Shown in pieces: positions 15,534-30,661 of a stretch of DNA of 64,000 bases. The DNA is from Piromyces finnis finn. Taxonomy: Eukaryota > Fungi > Neocallimastigomycota. The stretch spans positions 806,001-870,000 of the forward strand of contig MCFH01000013.1 in NCBI GenBank assembly GCA_002104945.1, given 5' to 3'. A program made the position numbers and the translations under genes. Under the pieces are notes generated by a model. The model saw only the letters and a program-made list of their open reading frames with translations. It searched no databases and had not been told where the DNA came from. Positions within the stretch are counted from its first letter, which is position 1, and every line of letters begins with the position of its first letter.

Positions 15534-16000
15534 GTTATTTGCACAAATAAATTAAATTATAAAAAAATATTATATAAAATTTATATGTATATTACTCAAA
15601 AAAAAAAAAAATTAAAAGAATAATATATAAAATACTTTTAAATCATTATCTTTTGAAATGCCTTAAAATTTAAAATACTAATTAAGTCCTTGTATTAAAA
15701 AAAAAAAAAAAGAAAAAAGAAAACTAGATATATATATAAATATATTAAATTCGTGTAAATACTATGGTTTAATTTTTGAAAATGAAATATTTAAAAATTT
15801 ATTTATGTCTTCAAGGTCTATTATTAACTTTTGTAATATATCTTTTTATTATAATTAAGAAATAATTATATATCAGTAATTAATCATCAATCATTAATAT
15901 AGGTTTCATAATTATGTTAATTTTATTTTATGAAAAGGAGTTATAGTAAAAATTTTACTTACTGTGTAAATCTCTATATATCTATTACAAAACATTTTTA

Positions 16001-16294
<294 letters not shown>

Positions 16295-17163
16295 CAAAAA
16301 TGTGATAAAATTTTAATAGATCATTCTATAAAAAAATTTTTTTAAATTATTATTTTACTTAACTACTAAGAATATATTGTTATTAAATTATATATAATTT
16401 AATAATAATACATTCTGTTATTTTATAGTTTGTTTTTTTTTTTTTTTTCACTTCTTTTCTTATTTAGAATTTTGTATTAGTTTTTGATTTTTTTATTTTT
16501 TTTTAATTTTTTTTTCTATAAATAAATCTTACGTTATAATTCGCAATAAATTTATTCTATTAATAACAAAATATATAGAGTATTTATATATTATTAACTA
16601 ATACTAAATATATTTTTTCTATATTATTAGTTTATCATTCTAATTCTTGTTTATATTTTGCGTTATTTCTCGCATAAATATTTTATATGTTAGCTAAAAA
16701 CTATATATATATTTAATAGATTATTTAATATATATATTAAGTTATATTTTCATATATATTCTTTAATCTTTTTTTTTATCTTTTATCCTTCTAAAAACTA
16801 TATATATTGAGTATTTTTATATATTCAATATATATATTATATATATATTATATGAAGATTTCAAACTTTAAAATAATTTTCTATCTTTTTTCTCTTGTTT
16901 GTTTCGTTTTATTTTAAACTATAATTGGTAGTTGAGTATTAATAAAAATCATAAAATTATATTATTATAGTATTAATAATATATTTCTAAATTATAATGT
17001 TTAATGCTTGTGCGCTTGATTTATAATAATATATATAATTAGATTATATATATTTTTATATAAAAAAAAATATTGGATAAGAATTATTTTGCTTTCATCC
17101 AAATATTAAATAATTATAAAGTTTATGGTGAAAACTATGTTTTATAATAGTGAATTTCTTCAC

Positions 17164-18501
17164 TTAATTATAATTATTAGATCCATGAGATTGATTTGAA
17201 AAGGTTGAGCCATATGAATAGCGTTGTCTATTTATTTCATTTAATGATGATAAAGAAGATGTTCTTCCATGATGATACATTTGGACATCTAATGATGGAC
17301 GTCTTCTATTTTGTAAAGTATACATATTTGGGGCAGTCATATTGATTTCGCTAATATTTTGAAAAGAGGATTTTTTACTAAGTGGAGCATTTGGATTTCC
17401 TTCATAACTATTAGCCAACTTTTGTTGGGATAATCTTAACTGTTGAGTATATAAAAGATTTGGGGTTTGATTTGGGGAATTTCTAATTGAAGATTGTGAT
17501 TGAGATCTGCTTCTTCCCCCAGAAAGAGGTATAGAAGCTTGTTGACTACTTCCTGGAGTTTGTGGAAGTGGTGGCAAAGCTTCATTGACATATTTTTGAC
17601 GAACAATTGTTTTCTTGAGAGTACGATGCCACATATCACGATCTTCAGGGTCCTCTGCTTGAAGAACAACTTGATGGCTTTTATTATCTTTATAAACTTC
17701 TAATTCAATTATTTTTGAACTTTTGTCTTTAGCAGAAGAATTTTCTTTTATGTCCTTAATTTTAGTTCTAGAATCGAATTTTATAAAACCTTTAGCTCTT
17801 GCAAATGGATCATTCGTTTTGAAATAATATAATCCTTCTGAATCCAAGACAAAATAGTATCTTTTAGTATTTTTTATGAATCCAGCAGAAGAAGTAACTC
17901 TATTTAAGAATCCACTGGCTAAATCACAAGATAAAGTTTGTAATGTAACAGAAGATATATCAGATATAATAGAAGCTGTCATTGGATCGTTTATAGAAGC
18001 ACTAGATTGACTTAAGGCAGAACTTTCAGGTGAAAACAATGAAGAACTCATTGTGTCTTGACTAGTTCTTCTTTCATGATTAAAACGAAATTGATCACTA
18101 CTATTAGATTGTGTTCTAGTATGTGTTTTAATTTTTAATTGTTCAATATTTCTCATGTTTTTATCTCTACTTCCAAGACTACTTGTTGAGCTGTTATGAC
18201 TACTAATCTTGTTATAATAATAATCACTGTTTGAAGTAACGTTTATATTACTGTTGCTGTAACTATTGCTACTTGAATAACCATTATTATAATATTCGTC
18301 ATTATAGTATTCATCGGAACATAATGTGTTTGGATTAATTGTGTTAACATAATATGAAACATTCTTATTTGAAATATTATTTGGATTTGGGTAATAGTTT
18401 TCTGGAGGATAATTATTTATTGGTCTTTTCATTTTTTGAGCTTTTTCCTCTTGAGATATCATGAGTTCATCTAATGCTTTATGTAATTTGTTTATATCCA
18501 T
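17164..18501 (-). CDS. Single-exon PH-domain protein with Ser/Asn-rich disordered flanks (445 aa)
   Basis: Central LASGFLNRVTSSAGFIKNTKRYYFVLDSEGLYYFK...AKGFIKF...VLQAEDPEDRDMWHRTLKK has the PH-domain beta-strand pattern and the terminal helix Trp. Orthology is unknown. Confidence 0.8.
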   Translation of the reverse strand: MDINKLHKALDELMISQEEKAQKMKRPINNYPPENYYPNPNNISNKNVSYYVNTINPNTLCSDEYYNDEYYNNGYSSSNSYSNSNINVTSNSDYYYNKISSHNSSTSSLGSRDKNMRNIEQLKIKTHTRTQSNSSDQFRFNHERRTSQDTMSSSLFSPESSALSQSSASINDPMTASIISDISSVTLQTLSCDLASGFLNRVTSSAGFIKNTKRYYFVLDSEGLYYFKTNDPFARAKGFIKFDSRTKIKDIKENSSAKDKSSKIIELEVYKDNKSHQVVLQAEDPEDRDMWHRTLKKTIVRQKYVNEALPPLPQTPGSSQQASIPLSGGRSRSQSQSSIRNSPNQTPNLLYTQQLRLSQQKLANSYEGNPNAPLSKKSSFQNISEINMTAPNMYTLQNRRRPSLDVQMYHHGRTSSLSSLNEINRQRYSYGSTFSNQSHGSNNYN

Positions 18502-19465
18502 CTTTGATAAATGATTTTATTAATAAAATAAATGGAACGAATATTATATATTAATGTGATAGTAATGAATCTTTTTAAATTTTAATTAATACTGTAATCT
18601 TTATTTATTGCTATTTAAATAAAAAAAATATTATCCTATTTTTATTTTATTAATTATCTTTAGGTAATATTGAATTTGAAATTTGGATAAAATAGCTACA
18701 AATGATTTCCTTTTATTCAAAAATTTTTCAATTATTAGAATTTACTTTTTTTGTATTACCAGAATTCTAAAGATTATTATTCCTATATTTAAATTAATTT
18801 TATATATTAGTATCCTATTGTTTGGTTTTCTATGGTTAAATTAAAATTTATTTCTAATTATTAATATTTATAATTATTATTAATATATTATTAAATGAAT
18901 TAATTCTATTTACAAAAAATTTTATTGTATATTAAAATTTATTATTAATATTTCATTTAAAAAATAATATAATATTAATAATTATTATATTAATATTACT
19001 AATATAAAATAATTAAATGAACATTGGCAAACATTCAAAGTATTTTTAGAATTTACTTAATGTTACCACCATAATTAATTTCATTTTATAAACTTCAATT
19101 AAATTCTATTCATTCAAATAGTATTATTATTTTCACATTATTAACTTTATATAATAGTACAATAATTTAAATATAATTTTATATAAAAAAAAGACTTTTC
19201 GCTTTATTAACTTTTATAAAGTTTAAAGCACTAAACAATTTTATTTACTAAAAAAATATTAACTATTCTTATTTATTTATTTATTCACTTATTTATGTTA
19301 AAATCTATATATTAAAATTTGTTATGTTTGTTTGTTTTTTATCAATATATTAATTGCAAAAGCATGATGTTTTAATTAAATTCGGGCAAAGTTATTAATT
19401 AATTTAATTAATTTCATTAATTTATATACTTTAACATTCTTTCTCAATAAATAACATACATTGTC

Positions 19466-20246
<781 letters not shown>

Positions 20247-22568
20247 TTCAAAATAGAAAGAGGATTTGTTTTTGTAATATATTATTGGTATTTTATTAAA
20301 ATTGATTTGGTATAATTAATTAAATAAAGATCATTCTAAAAATGTCTACTTTCGTTACAAATTCGTGTTAATTGTTTATAAACCCTATGAATATTATTTT
20401 ATAAATATGGTTATATTTGATTTTTTGTAAAATTATAAATTTCCTTATTTAAATTAATTAAATTCTATTTCACCACACCTATTACTAAATACATTATGTC
20501 TTGTGTACATATATTCAATAAATGTTGTGGATGTTTTTTATTATTATTCCTCTTTTTATTCTTCATTTTTCTTTACCATTTTAATATTTCCTTTTATGTT
20601 TATTATAGTTAAATATATAAAATTGGATAATAAAAAAAAAAAATATTTACCATAAATTATAATACAATTATTATAAACTTTTTTAATGGCTGTTAATTAA
20701 AGAAAAGAAAAATTCAAAAAAAAAAAAATTATAAAAAAAAGAAAATAAATTATTTTTATGTGTTTTTAGTTAATATATAAAAAAAAAGTAAAAATAATAC
20801 CATAATCTTATTATAACAATAAAAGTAAATTAATATAGTAATTAATTATAAATGACATTTATTATTCTATTTTGCTTTACTTTTCATTTCATAATTCTAA
20901 ATTATTTTGTTTATTAAACCATAAAATATATATTTTAAAAAAAAAATTCAAAAATGAATTAAAGTATATTAATTGCCAATGTAAACATTAAAAAATATGC
21001 TAAATTATAAAACTTTATGTTATAGAAATTTTCAAATTTAAATAATCATAATTTGTTAATTATTTCATAGGTAAATGTTATGTTAAATTAATCTTAACAT
21101 TCATCTACCTATGAAATAATTAATAAATTAACATCTTTTCATTATTAATTTAATGAAAAAAAAAAAAAGTTCTTTTAAATAAAATAATTAACACTATAAT
21201 AAATTATGTTAATATTATTAACAAATTTAACGAATGATTATTTAATCTGTTTCTATTAATAAATATAATTAATATAATCAAAATTAAAATTCTATATTAA
21301 CATGTATTAATTTAAATTATTTATAAAAGAGAATTTATATTGTGTTAAAAAAAAAATTATTTTTAACCATTATTCATTTATACCTTTAATATTAACATAT
21401 TATAGATATTTTATTTTAAACCATAATAAACTTCAAAATAATTAACCAATTTCAAATTTTGTGATTAATCATATGAAAATAACCATTGATATTAATAATA
21501 AAAAGAGAAAAGAAAAATATTTTTATATTAATTTTTTATTTAATTAAAGAATTTAAAACAAATTAAAATAAGCTTACTAAATAATGGAAAATAAGATTTT
21601 AATATTATATTGTATTATAGTGGTAATAAATATATTAATTTTATTATTTTTGGTGCTGTCAATTTTGTATTAAATATATTAAGTATACTATTCATTTTAT
21701 TTATTTTTTTTTGGTGCTGTCAATTTTAATTTATTTTTATTAAAATAATAAAACACAAAAAATCATATTAATAGCTGTGTTATCCATTACATCTTAATTT
21801 TTTATTTAAATAAGTATTATTAAAAATAATTATTAACATAATATGTAATTAATATTATATCAACAAAAAAAAATATGGTTTTCTTATTTTTTTGAATTGA
21901 TTTATTTAAAAAAATAATTGTATGAATATGCACTAATTGTAATAATATATCTACATATTGTGAATGGTGAATTATTAATACATAAAATCAATTATCAATT
22001 ACTATTATAAAAAAGAGTAATTGTTAATGTGTTTTAACATAGAATTTTTATTGATTAGTTAATTTAACCTCATATATATGATATACCTTCAATTAGGTTT
22101 TTATTAATATTGTTTTATTAAATAATGATCAAAAATTTTTATTTGTAAATAAAATTTGAAAAGCTTAATTTATACATTTATACATATATTAATATATTAA
22201 TTATATTGAAATAATATTTTGATTATTCGCATTAATAATGAAAATTGACTAGTATTATAATGATAACAAGCAATTGTTTCTAGGCATTTTTTAAAATAAA
22301 CGTTGCAAAATCAAAATAAATATAAAATGATTTTTTGTTTATAAAGAGTAAAATTATAAAATAATATATTACATTATCTGTAATTAAAATATATAAATAT
22401 ACTATATCAATATAGATATAGTATATATTTAGAGATTTAGAGTTTTTGTTTATTCTTATTTAATATTATATTTATTAAATAAGATAATAATAAATTAAAT
22501 AAAAATCATTAAATAAAGAGTAGAGTATATATTATAGGTTAGAGTAGTAAATAATTAGAATTCACAAA

Positions 22569-24152
22569 ATGAATCCTGACATTAAGGTTTTAGCAAGTTT
22601 AGTATTGTTACTCTTCATTAACACTTTAAATATTAATGGCTTAAATTCAAATGTAATAAAATGAGAGTTTTGTCTCTATACTAAAATCAATAATTACTTT
22701 TTATTTTTATTTAAATGAAAATAATAAAACTCATCTGATGCAATAAATTGATCCAATGCTTACACAGATACCTCTGGATTTAGCAATTCTTGGAGTACAA
22801 TCAATGACTGTTCTGATGCTTATACTACAGGTCATTCGGAATCTTCGATTATTGAAGAACCTAAATTAGATTCGGTTTCTGAGACGTTGATTTCTATTTT
22901 TAATAAAGAAACAGAATGAGTCAATGAAGAATCAAAATCACAGACTACTTCAAATGGTTACTCCTACGGTAAATCTAATCAGAAATCCATTAGTAAAAAT
23001 GTCTCTTATGATACAGCCATAGATACTTTAGTTGAATACGCTTTACAAAAAGTTAAAAGTCGAGCAGTGAGACATTTACGATTAAGTTAATTTTGTTGTT
23101 CCAGATGAAATATATTATGACTTAACAGCATTACCTTTATTTAAATCAGAAATTAATATATGGATTAATGGACATTATGACGCTAACAATGATTTGAAAT
23201 TCTATTTTACAAAATCTATTAATCCTATTAAGTTTGTTGTTTTTTTGTTATAAATCCTGTAGAATGTAGTAAGGAAGAAAAATTTCAAGGTATAGTAAAA
23301 AATGGCATTTCAAGTTTTACATTTACTGAAAAAGAGAATCTTAATGTTAATACTTTAAGAAGTGGTCCTATTTATAAAACAGGAACTTCGATTGCTTTAC
23401 ACAACGATATTTATAGTTTTAGTTTATTATCGACTGGTGAATTAGTGTTGTATAAAGGTCTAAAAACTTAAGATGACTGCTATAGACTTTAAACCAATAA
23501 AATGAGTTACATACCTAAAAATAAAAATATATTTTATGATTTTAAATTATGTGTTGGAGCAAATGGTCATTTATATATTTGATAATCTATCTTTCAAAGA
23601 TGTCGAATATCCTGAATTGTATTATGAAATATTTAATGAATATGTAGATTATTATAGAGATGACAAACACCATAAAAATAATAAATAATTCGAAATAGTT
23701 AAAAATTATTTAGAAAATCGTCGAAGTTACAATAAAAGTAAGCGTCACATTTCCATTAATATTAATATTAGTCCACAAATAAAAGACAGATCATTTAAAT
23801 AAACGTATTATTACTACTAGAACTAGTACTACAACTACAACAACCACAAAGATCGCACTATCAACCGAAACGTCAAAAATCAATAATGATATCGATAATA
23901 TCTACTATTTCGACCACTTCTTCTAATATAGCTATTATCAATACTAAAAATAATAATGATGATGATGACAATAATAATGATAATGCTAATGATTCCAAGT
24001 CTACTGTATCATCTTCAGTCACTGCTACCTCTGGTCTAATTATTATATTATTTCTTATAAAAAATACATTACTACATCTTGTGGCTCACTATGACATATT
24101 TATCATACTATCATGTGTATTTTATAAATATATGTTTATTATGTTATTATAG
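22569..24152 (+). pseudogene. Decayed secreted, probably surface-anchored protein gene (signal peptide, Ser/Thr-rich region, bulb-lectin-like repeats, Thr-rich stalk, hydrophobic tail)
   Basis: MNPDIKVLASLVLLLFINTLNING (signal peptide) is followed by VIK*E (stop where KR would be expected). Coding-like segments SNAYTDTSGFSNSWST...SQTTSNGYSYGKSNQKSISKNVSYDT, VNFVVPDEIYYDLTALPLFKSEINIWING, YSFSLLSTGELVLYKG and FKLCVGANGHLYI are broken by several stops and frameshifts. The end is an S/T/N-rich stalk plus LIIILFLI. Confidence 0.7.
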
Positions 24153-25194
24153 TACAGCCACATATTGAGACTATTTAAAAATAATTATTAATTTAAATTT
24201 TTAATAAAAAAAAATAGGTAAAAGTTTTTATTCTCTTTCATAATATTTTATTATATTAATAAAATATAAGTCTATTAAAATTTTTAATTATTCATTCTTT
24301 TAGTAAAGGTAAAATGCAATAGAAAGTAAAACTATGAAATATTTTAATTAAAATGGTATCATTTATTGACATTAGGAAAATAACATTGCAATATTGCTAC
24401 TAATTATTTTTCTTAGATATTTGATATATATATTTGATATATATATATATATATAATATTAATTAAAATGAAACACCAAAAATGAAAAGTTTAAAAAAGA
24501 AAAAGAAATAGAACATAAAAAACATAAAAATTTAATAAGTAATGCATTAATAAATACAGTGAACACCAACCTTTTTTTTTATAAGTATTAAATAAGTGAT
24601 AATTTATAACAACTATATATATTTATATCAAATTTTATATGTCATAATATAATTTGATGTAATAAATGTATAAATCAACTCTCCATAAATTTATATGCAA
24701 ACTATAACTTAACAAGTAAATAACTTTTAGACAATTATAAAATATATTGAGATGAATTTTTTTTTTATACTGAATTATATTATAAATAATTGAAATTTCT
24801 CAATTTCAAAATCAAATTTAAAATAATTTTTACTTGAATTAACAAATTAATAAATATAATAAATTAATTTTAAAGGCAAATGACATCAACAATTATTTAC
24901 AATGAATCATATTATAAAAAAAATGATATAAATGGATTTCAAATCTTCTTTTTTATTACATTTTCATTAAGAAAATTAAGATTCAAAAATAAAATGATTT
25001 AATATAATCTGATAATTATTATATTTTTAAAATTATATTATTTTATTAATATGATAAAATTAATAGGTTTACTAATAATTTCATATATATATATTATTAT
25101 TTTATAGTATTTTTTTTTTCTTTCATTGAACAGATTATAAATATTTAATATTCTTTTTTTTTAAAAAAGAAATAGACATTTAGATTTTAAAAAT

Positions 25195-27181
25195 ATGGGA
25201 GGAGGTGATTTGGTAAGTTTTAATATAATAAAATATCTTTTTTTTCTATCCAATTTTACTATAATATCTATCATTATGGTTAAAATAATATTCAATACTA
25301 AATTATTTAATTATATAAAATGTATCTTTCTTTTCAACTAAACTATTTAGAATTTAAAAAAATCATGGCATCCAGCCACGATTCATAATCAAGAGAAGGT
25401 ATGGCTTGCAGAAAGACGTGCCGAAGAAGAAAAGAAAAAGATGGAGCAGTTGCTCAAAGAAAAAAAAGAAGAACAAGAAATGCAAGAATTGTTGGCACTT
25501 CAAGCAGCTGCAGGAACAGGAAAAAAGTAAAATGATAATTATAATATTAGCAATAGTTATTGTTTTTTGGAGCATAAAATTTAATATAATTTTTATTATG
25601 CTCTACCTATTAATTAATATTATTAATTCTATATCTTTTAAAATAATAACAATAAATTAATAAATAAATAAAGGAGAAAAATTGATCGTGGATTAGATTG
25701 GATGTATACAGCAGGAACTAATAATCAAAACGAATTAAATGAAGATCGTGAAGCTTACCTTTTAGGTACTAAAAAGATTGATAAATTATTAGATAGTAAA
25801 TCAAATAATGACGAGGTATAATCTTCTTCTTTTTATATATAAACACATTTGAATAGTAATAATAATTTATATATATATATATATTATTAATAGCTTTCAG
25901 CTAATGGAGGTGTTTTTGGTAAAAAAAATGCTATGTATGGATTATCTGCCAATACCTATCGTGATACCCAAAATAAAATTAGAGATGATCCATTACTTAT
26001 GATTAAAAAAAGAGAACAAGAAGCCTTAAAAAGAATTATGGCAAATCCATTGAGAGTTAAAGAAATTGCAAAAACGGATAGAAAAAGTAAAAAGAGTAAA
26101 AAAGAAGGACATGATAAAAAGAAAACATCTAAAAAACATCATCGTCACCATCGTCATCATCATAAAAAGGATAAAGAAAGTGAAAGCGGAACAGATAGTG
26201 ATAATTCATCAGAATCTGAAAACGAAAAGAATACTAGTGTAAAAAAAATAAATGAAACTCAAATATATGATAGGGATAGAAGAAATGATCGAAGAAGTAG
26301 AAGTAGAAGTAGAAGTAGAGAAAGAGGAAGAGATAAATACAGAAATGAAAGAAGAGATAGAGATTCATATTCAAGAAATAAAAGATCCAATGAAACCAGC
26401 GATTATCATCGCAGAAGAAGTCCATCTAGAAGCAGTAGTAGAAATAGAAGATCTAATGAAACCAGCGATTATTATCGCAAAAGAAGAAGTTCATCTAGAA
26501 GCAGTAGTAGAAACAGAGATAGAAGTAGAAGTAGATATGAAAATAAAGAAAGAACCACAGATCATCTAAGTAGAAAGAGAACTCGTAGCAGAAGTAATAG
26601 TAGAAGCAAAACAAAAAATGATGACAAATATAAATATGAAAGAAATTCATCCTCAGATCGCCATACCACTAATTCCAATAACAATAAAAAGATAGATGAA
26701 GAAGAAATTAAGAAAAAGGAAGAAGAAGAAAAGAAAAAGAAAATGTTAGAAAAACAAAAAAAGTTGGAAGAAATGATGCAAAATGCTAAAGATTGGGAAG
26801 CCGAAAGAAAGCAGCGAGTAGAAACCAATAAAATAAGAGATCAAAATATATATGAAAAAGAAGAAGAAGAAAGAATGCTTGCTAATAAAAAGAGAGAAGC
26901 TATGGGTTTCAGTGGTAAAAATACTACTGGTATTGATTTTATCAAGTAAGTTTCTTTTATATCCTCCAAAGTGTATATTGTTTATTTATTTGTTTTTTAA
27001 AATATATATATCTATTTTTGAAAAAGTATAAAACTAATTTTTTTTTTTTTTTTTTTTCATTTTTAAAAAAAGGGATCTTCAAAAAGCAACCTTTTTATCA
27101 ACTAATTCATCTGCTGCTGATATGGTAAAAAGAAAAAGAACATTTGTTCAACGTGAAGGAGAAATTTACGATAAACATTAA
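25195..27181 (+). CDS. CWC25: Pre-mRNA splicing factor Cwc25, multi-exon
   Basis: Spliced N-terminus [33 protein letters not shown], then LDWMY, KIRDDPLLMIKKREQ, an RS-rich region and LEEMMQNAKDWEAERKQR. Stop TAA 27179-27181. Confidence 0.93.
26383..26515 (+). repeat. In-frame tandem duplication (about 66 bp, 22-23 aa) inside the CWC25 RS domain
   Basis: AATGAAACCAGCGATTA occurs at 26389 and 26455, encoding RSNETSDYHRRRSPSRSSSRNR / RSNETSDYYRKRRSSSRSSSRNR. Confidence 0.9.
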
Positions 27182-27867
27182 AATTGACACACATTATCCA
27201 AATTCAATCATTCCTATTTACAATTTCAAATCAAATAATAAAATAAATTATCATTTATTTATTAATTCAATATACTAATTTATAAAATCTATATAAAAAC
27301 TTTAGTTCATTAAACCAAAAAAAAAAAAAAAAACGAAAAAATAAATAAATAAATAAAATTAAAAAATTTAAAAATACTCTTATTGACATTTTATACACAA
27401 ATAATATTTAATTGAATGATTAAATTTTTATTTTTTTTTTAATAGCTTTATATATGTGTGTATTTTATTACAATATATATTTACGAGTTCTACTTATAAA
27501 TATTATTTTTATTACTCATTCTTTAGGTATAGGTATTAAAAAAAATAATAAGTTTTCATTTTCTAAAGATGTTTTAATGATATTTAGTTATATTTATGTA
27601 TTACGAAGGATTTATTTTTTAAAAATATTCGCTTCTTTTTTTTTTTTTTTTTTTTGTTAAAATATATTTTTATTTGATATTTTATATTTGTTTTACTTTT
27701 GTTTTTTTTTTTTTTGTTTTTGTTTTTATATTTTAATTTGCTTGAATAGATTTTATATTGTATTATTTTTAATTTTAATATGTATAATACATTTTAAAAT
27801 ATAATACATTCTCTATATATTTTGAAATAATTTATGGGTTTGAATAAGAGGTTGAATATTGCTTAAT

Positions 27868-28655
27868 TTACTTCTTTCCGAAAAGTTCAAAGATAGCGGA
27901 ACCAATAACAATGAAAAGGAATAAACCAAGAACAACTGGACCAACTGGGAACTTGTTTTCCTTCTTTCTCTGTATAATTTAACATTATTTTAAAATAAAA
28001 TATTATTTAATATATTTATTCCCATAATTATTTTTTTAATTAATTTTGATCTATTTAAATAAGTAATTGTTAACACTTACTAAAGAAGTTTCAACCTTTC
28101 CTCTCTTGTGAATATTCTTAGCAAAAGCTTCGTTAGACTTCTTTCTAATGTATGGTGATGAGGCCTAATGTTTTCAATGAAAAAAAAAAAAGTAATAAAA
28201 TTAATATAAATTCTTTATCTAATTTTAACCAACAATCATTTTTAAAATACATATGTGAAGATATAGTAATATTCAAGAGAAGTATTCATACACACTACAG
28301 CCCTCTTTATTTATCAATAAATTCTATAGTATTTATGTTGAACAACTTTCATTATAAATATAAATTAATTTCATTATATACATCACTTATCCCATAACCT
28401 ATTAACCTTGTATTTCTATTTTCAATAATATATTAAATCTAACATCTATGTAATTTCAAATAAATAGAAATAATAACATTATTCATAATTTATTAACTGT
28501 TTCTGTTTTAATTGTTTACATATTTTTATTCCAATTTATTCTATCTCTTTTCTTCTTCTATTGACTTTTTAGAGAGTGTGTATTTGTGTGTATTTATTAC
28601 TTTTATTATTACTTTTCTTTTTTTAAATATTGATATAATATATAATAGTTACCAT
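27868..28655 (-). CDS. SERP1: Stress-associated ER protein RAMP4/SERP1 (Ysy6 family), tail-anchored, 3 exons
   Basis: Spliced M-ASSPYIRKSNEAFAKNIHKRGKVETSL-RKKENKFPVGPVVLGLFLFIVIGSAIFELFGKK* is a typical RAMP4 sequence. The start is inferred as an ATG-only coding exon (ATG|gtaact at 28655-28653). Confidence 0.88.
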
Positions 28656-30272
28656 TGTTATATTTATTACTATTTAACTATTTATAAAAGATTTAAAATA
28701 TTTTATAAAGAAAAAAAAAAAAAAAAAGTTGCTTTTTCTTTATTTTATAGTTGAAAATTAATTAGTTGGACTAGGTAGTGAAATTTTAATCATCATCATT
28801 AATTTAATTATATATTAGAATTTTATATATTAATTTCTATATATATTGATTCTAAATTAATTATACGACTGAATTCAATTCTTATTCATTTTATATAAAT
28901 TTTAAATTAAATTATTAAATCATTGTTATATTAAAAAATTATATTAAATTTTATGAGAAATAAATTTTAATTAAACATTTTTTTATATTACAGTATATTA
29001 AGAGATATATAGACTAAATACTGTAATGTATTTTACATTTCAAAATAAAAACATTAATAAAAAAAAAACGATCATACTACCTATTCATAATATTATTATA
29101 ATTATTATGACTTTACTATTAATGATTGGTAACATATATAATATGAATCTATTTTAATAATATATTAATTTTATTCTTTTAATTGCAGACTTTTTTTTTT
29201 TTTTGGTTACCAAATAATAAATACTATAAATATTTACTATAGTATAAAAAGATGTAAAAGTAAAAAATACTATCTCGTTATTAATGAAAAGTTGGATGTA
29301 AAAAAAAAAGTTTTTCTTTTATTCTATATAATGAAAAAAAAAAAAAAAAGAAGATTTATATAAATTAGATAAATATCTAGTTACTTTATAGTAGTATAAA
29401 AAAAATTTTATTATTGTTATTAAATATCATTATAAAATATTTTATATTACTTTTATATTTAAAAAGTTTTATTTTTAAATTAACTTGTTTTTTTTTTTTT
29501 TTTTTTACAAAATTAATAAAAGTATTAAACTTTAATTTTATTTATTTTTATTATTTTTATTCAAGTAATACAATAGATAGATTCGTATAATTTATATTTT
29601 AGTTAAATATTCACATTCCATAATAAAAATAAAACTTTAAATGATAAATATTATAATAATGAATGAAAAGAGATGTATATATGTATATTTAATGTCATCA
29701 ATCTTGTAAAAGAAAAAAAAGAAACTAATTTTATTAAATAAAAACTTTGGTTTAATGTAAAGTTCTTTTTTAAAAAAGTTTGATTTTTATTTTGTTTTTT
29801 GTTTTTGTTTTTTAATTCTACAATTATATAGATAAATATAAACTCTTTATATAAAAACACTTTGAAGATAAAAAAAAAAGTTTAACCATAATAATTATAT
29901 CTACCTATATAGACATAAATTTATTATTTCAAAAATTGTTTTTTTTTTTTTTTTTTTTTTAGATATATATATTTATTAATTTGTTTCAGTTATACATAAT
30001 GTGTAGAAAATAAGCTGAATTCTATATTAAATTATTATTATTAAAATCATGATAAAGCGCTTATTTTCAATAAATTATTGTTTCATTCTAATTATAAATG
30101 ACTGAATATCACAAATACAATTTATAGTATTAAATAATTTGCTTATTTATTAAAAAGTTTATAATAAAAATAATAGTAATTAGATATTTAAAAATATATA
30201 TATATTGAAATATTTTTTTTTTGTAGAACTAAAATAATAGTAGGTATTATTTATAATATGAAAAGGGGGAAA

Positions 30273-30627
30273 CTATCCAGTAAGTAACATGTTTTCAATT
30301 TCTGATAAAAATGTTGTTTCTGGATCAAAAGATTCATTTATAATTCTTTTTGGTATATTTGAAATTGAAGATTCTTGTTTTGTTTTAGATGGGGATGCTT
30401 TTATTGATTCTTTAATGTTGCCATAACATTTTATAAAATTTATATATTCATCATTAGATGTTTCATCTGTATTAATTTCAGAAATATCTTTAGACATCTG
30501 CTGTAACATGCTTTCATCTATTTCTAATTCCTAAATATGAATTATGAATATATACATGAATAATATAAATAAAAATACATTTTTTATTTAATTTAAAAAT
30601 CATCTAAATCATCTATATTAAAATGAT

Positions 30628-30661
<34 letters not shown>

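Noticed and set aside
26252-26569. 105-aa Glu/Val-rich alternative-frame ORF, plus antisense ORFs, over CWC25
   Set aside because: By-product of AGAAGT repeats encoding the RS domain. No independent evidence of dual coding.
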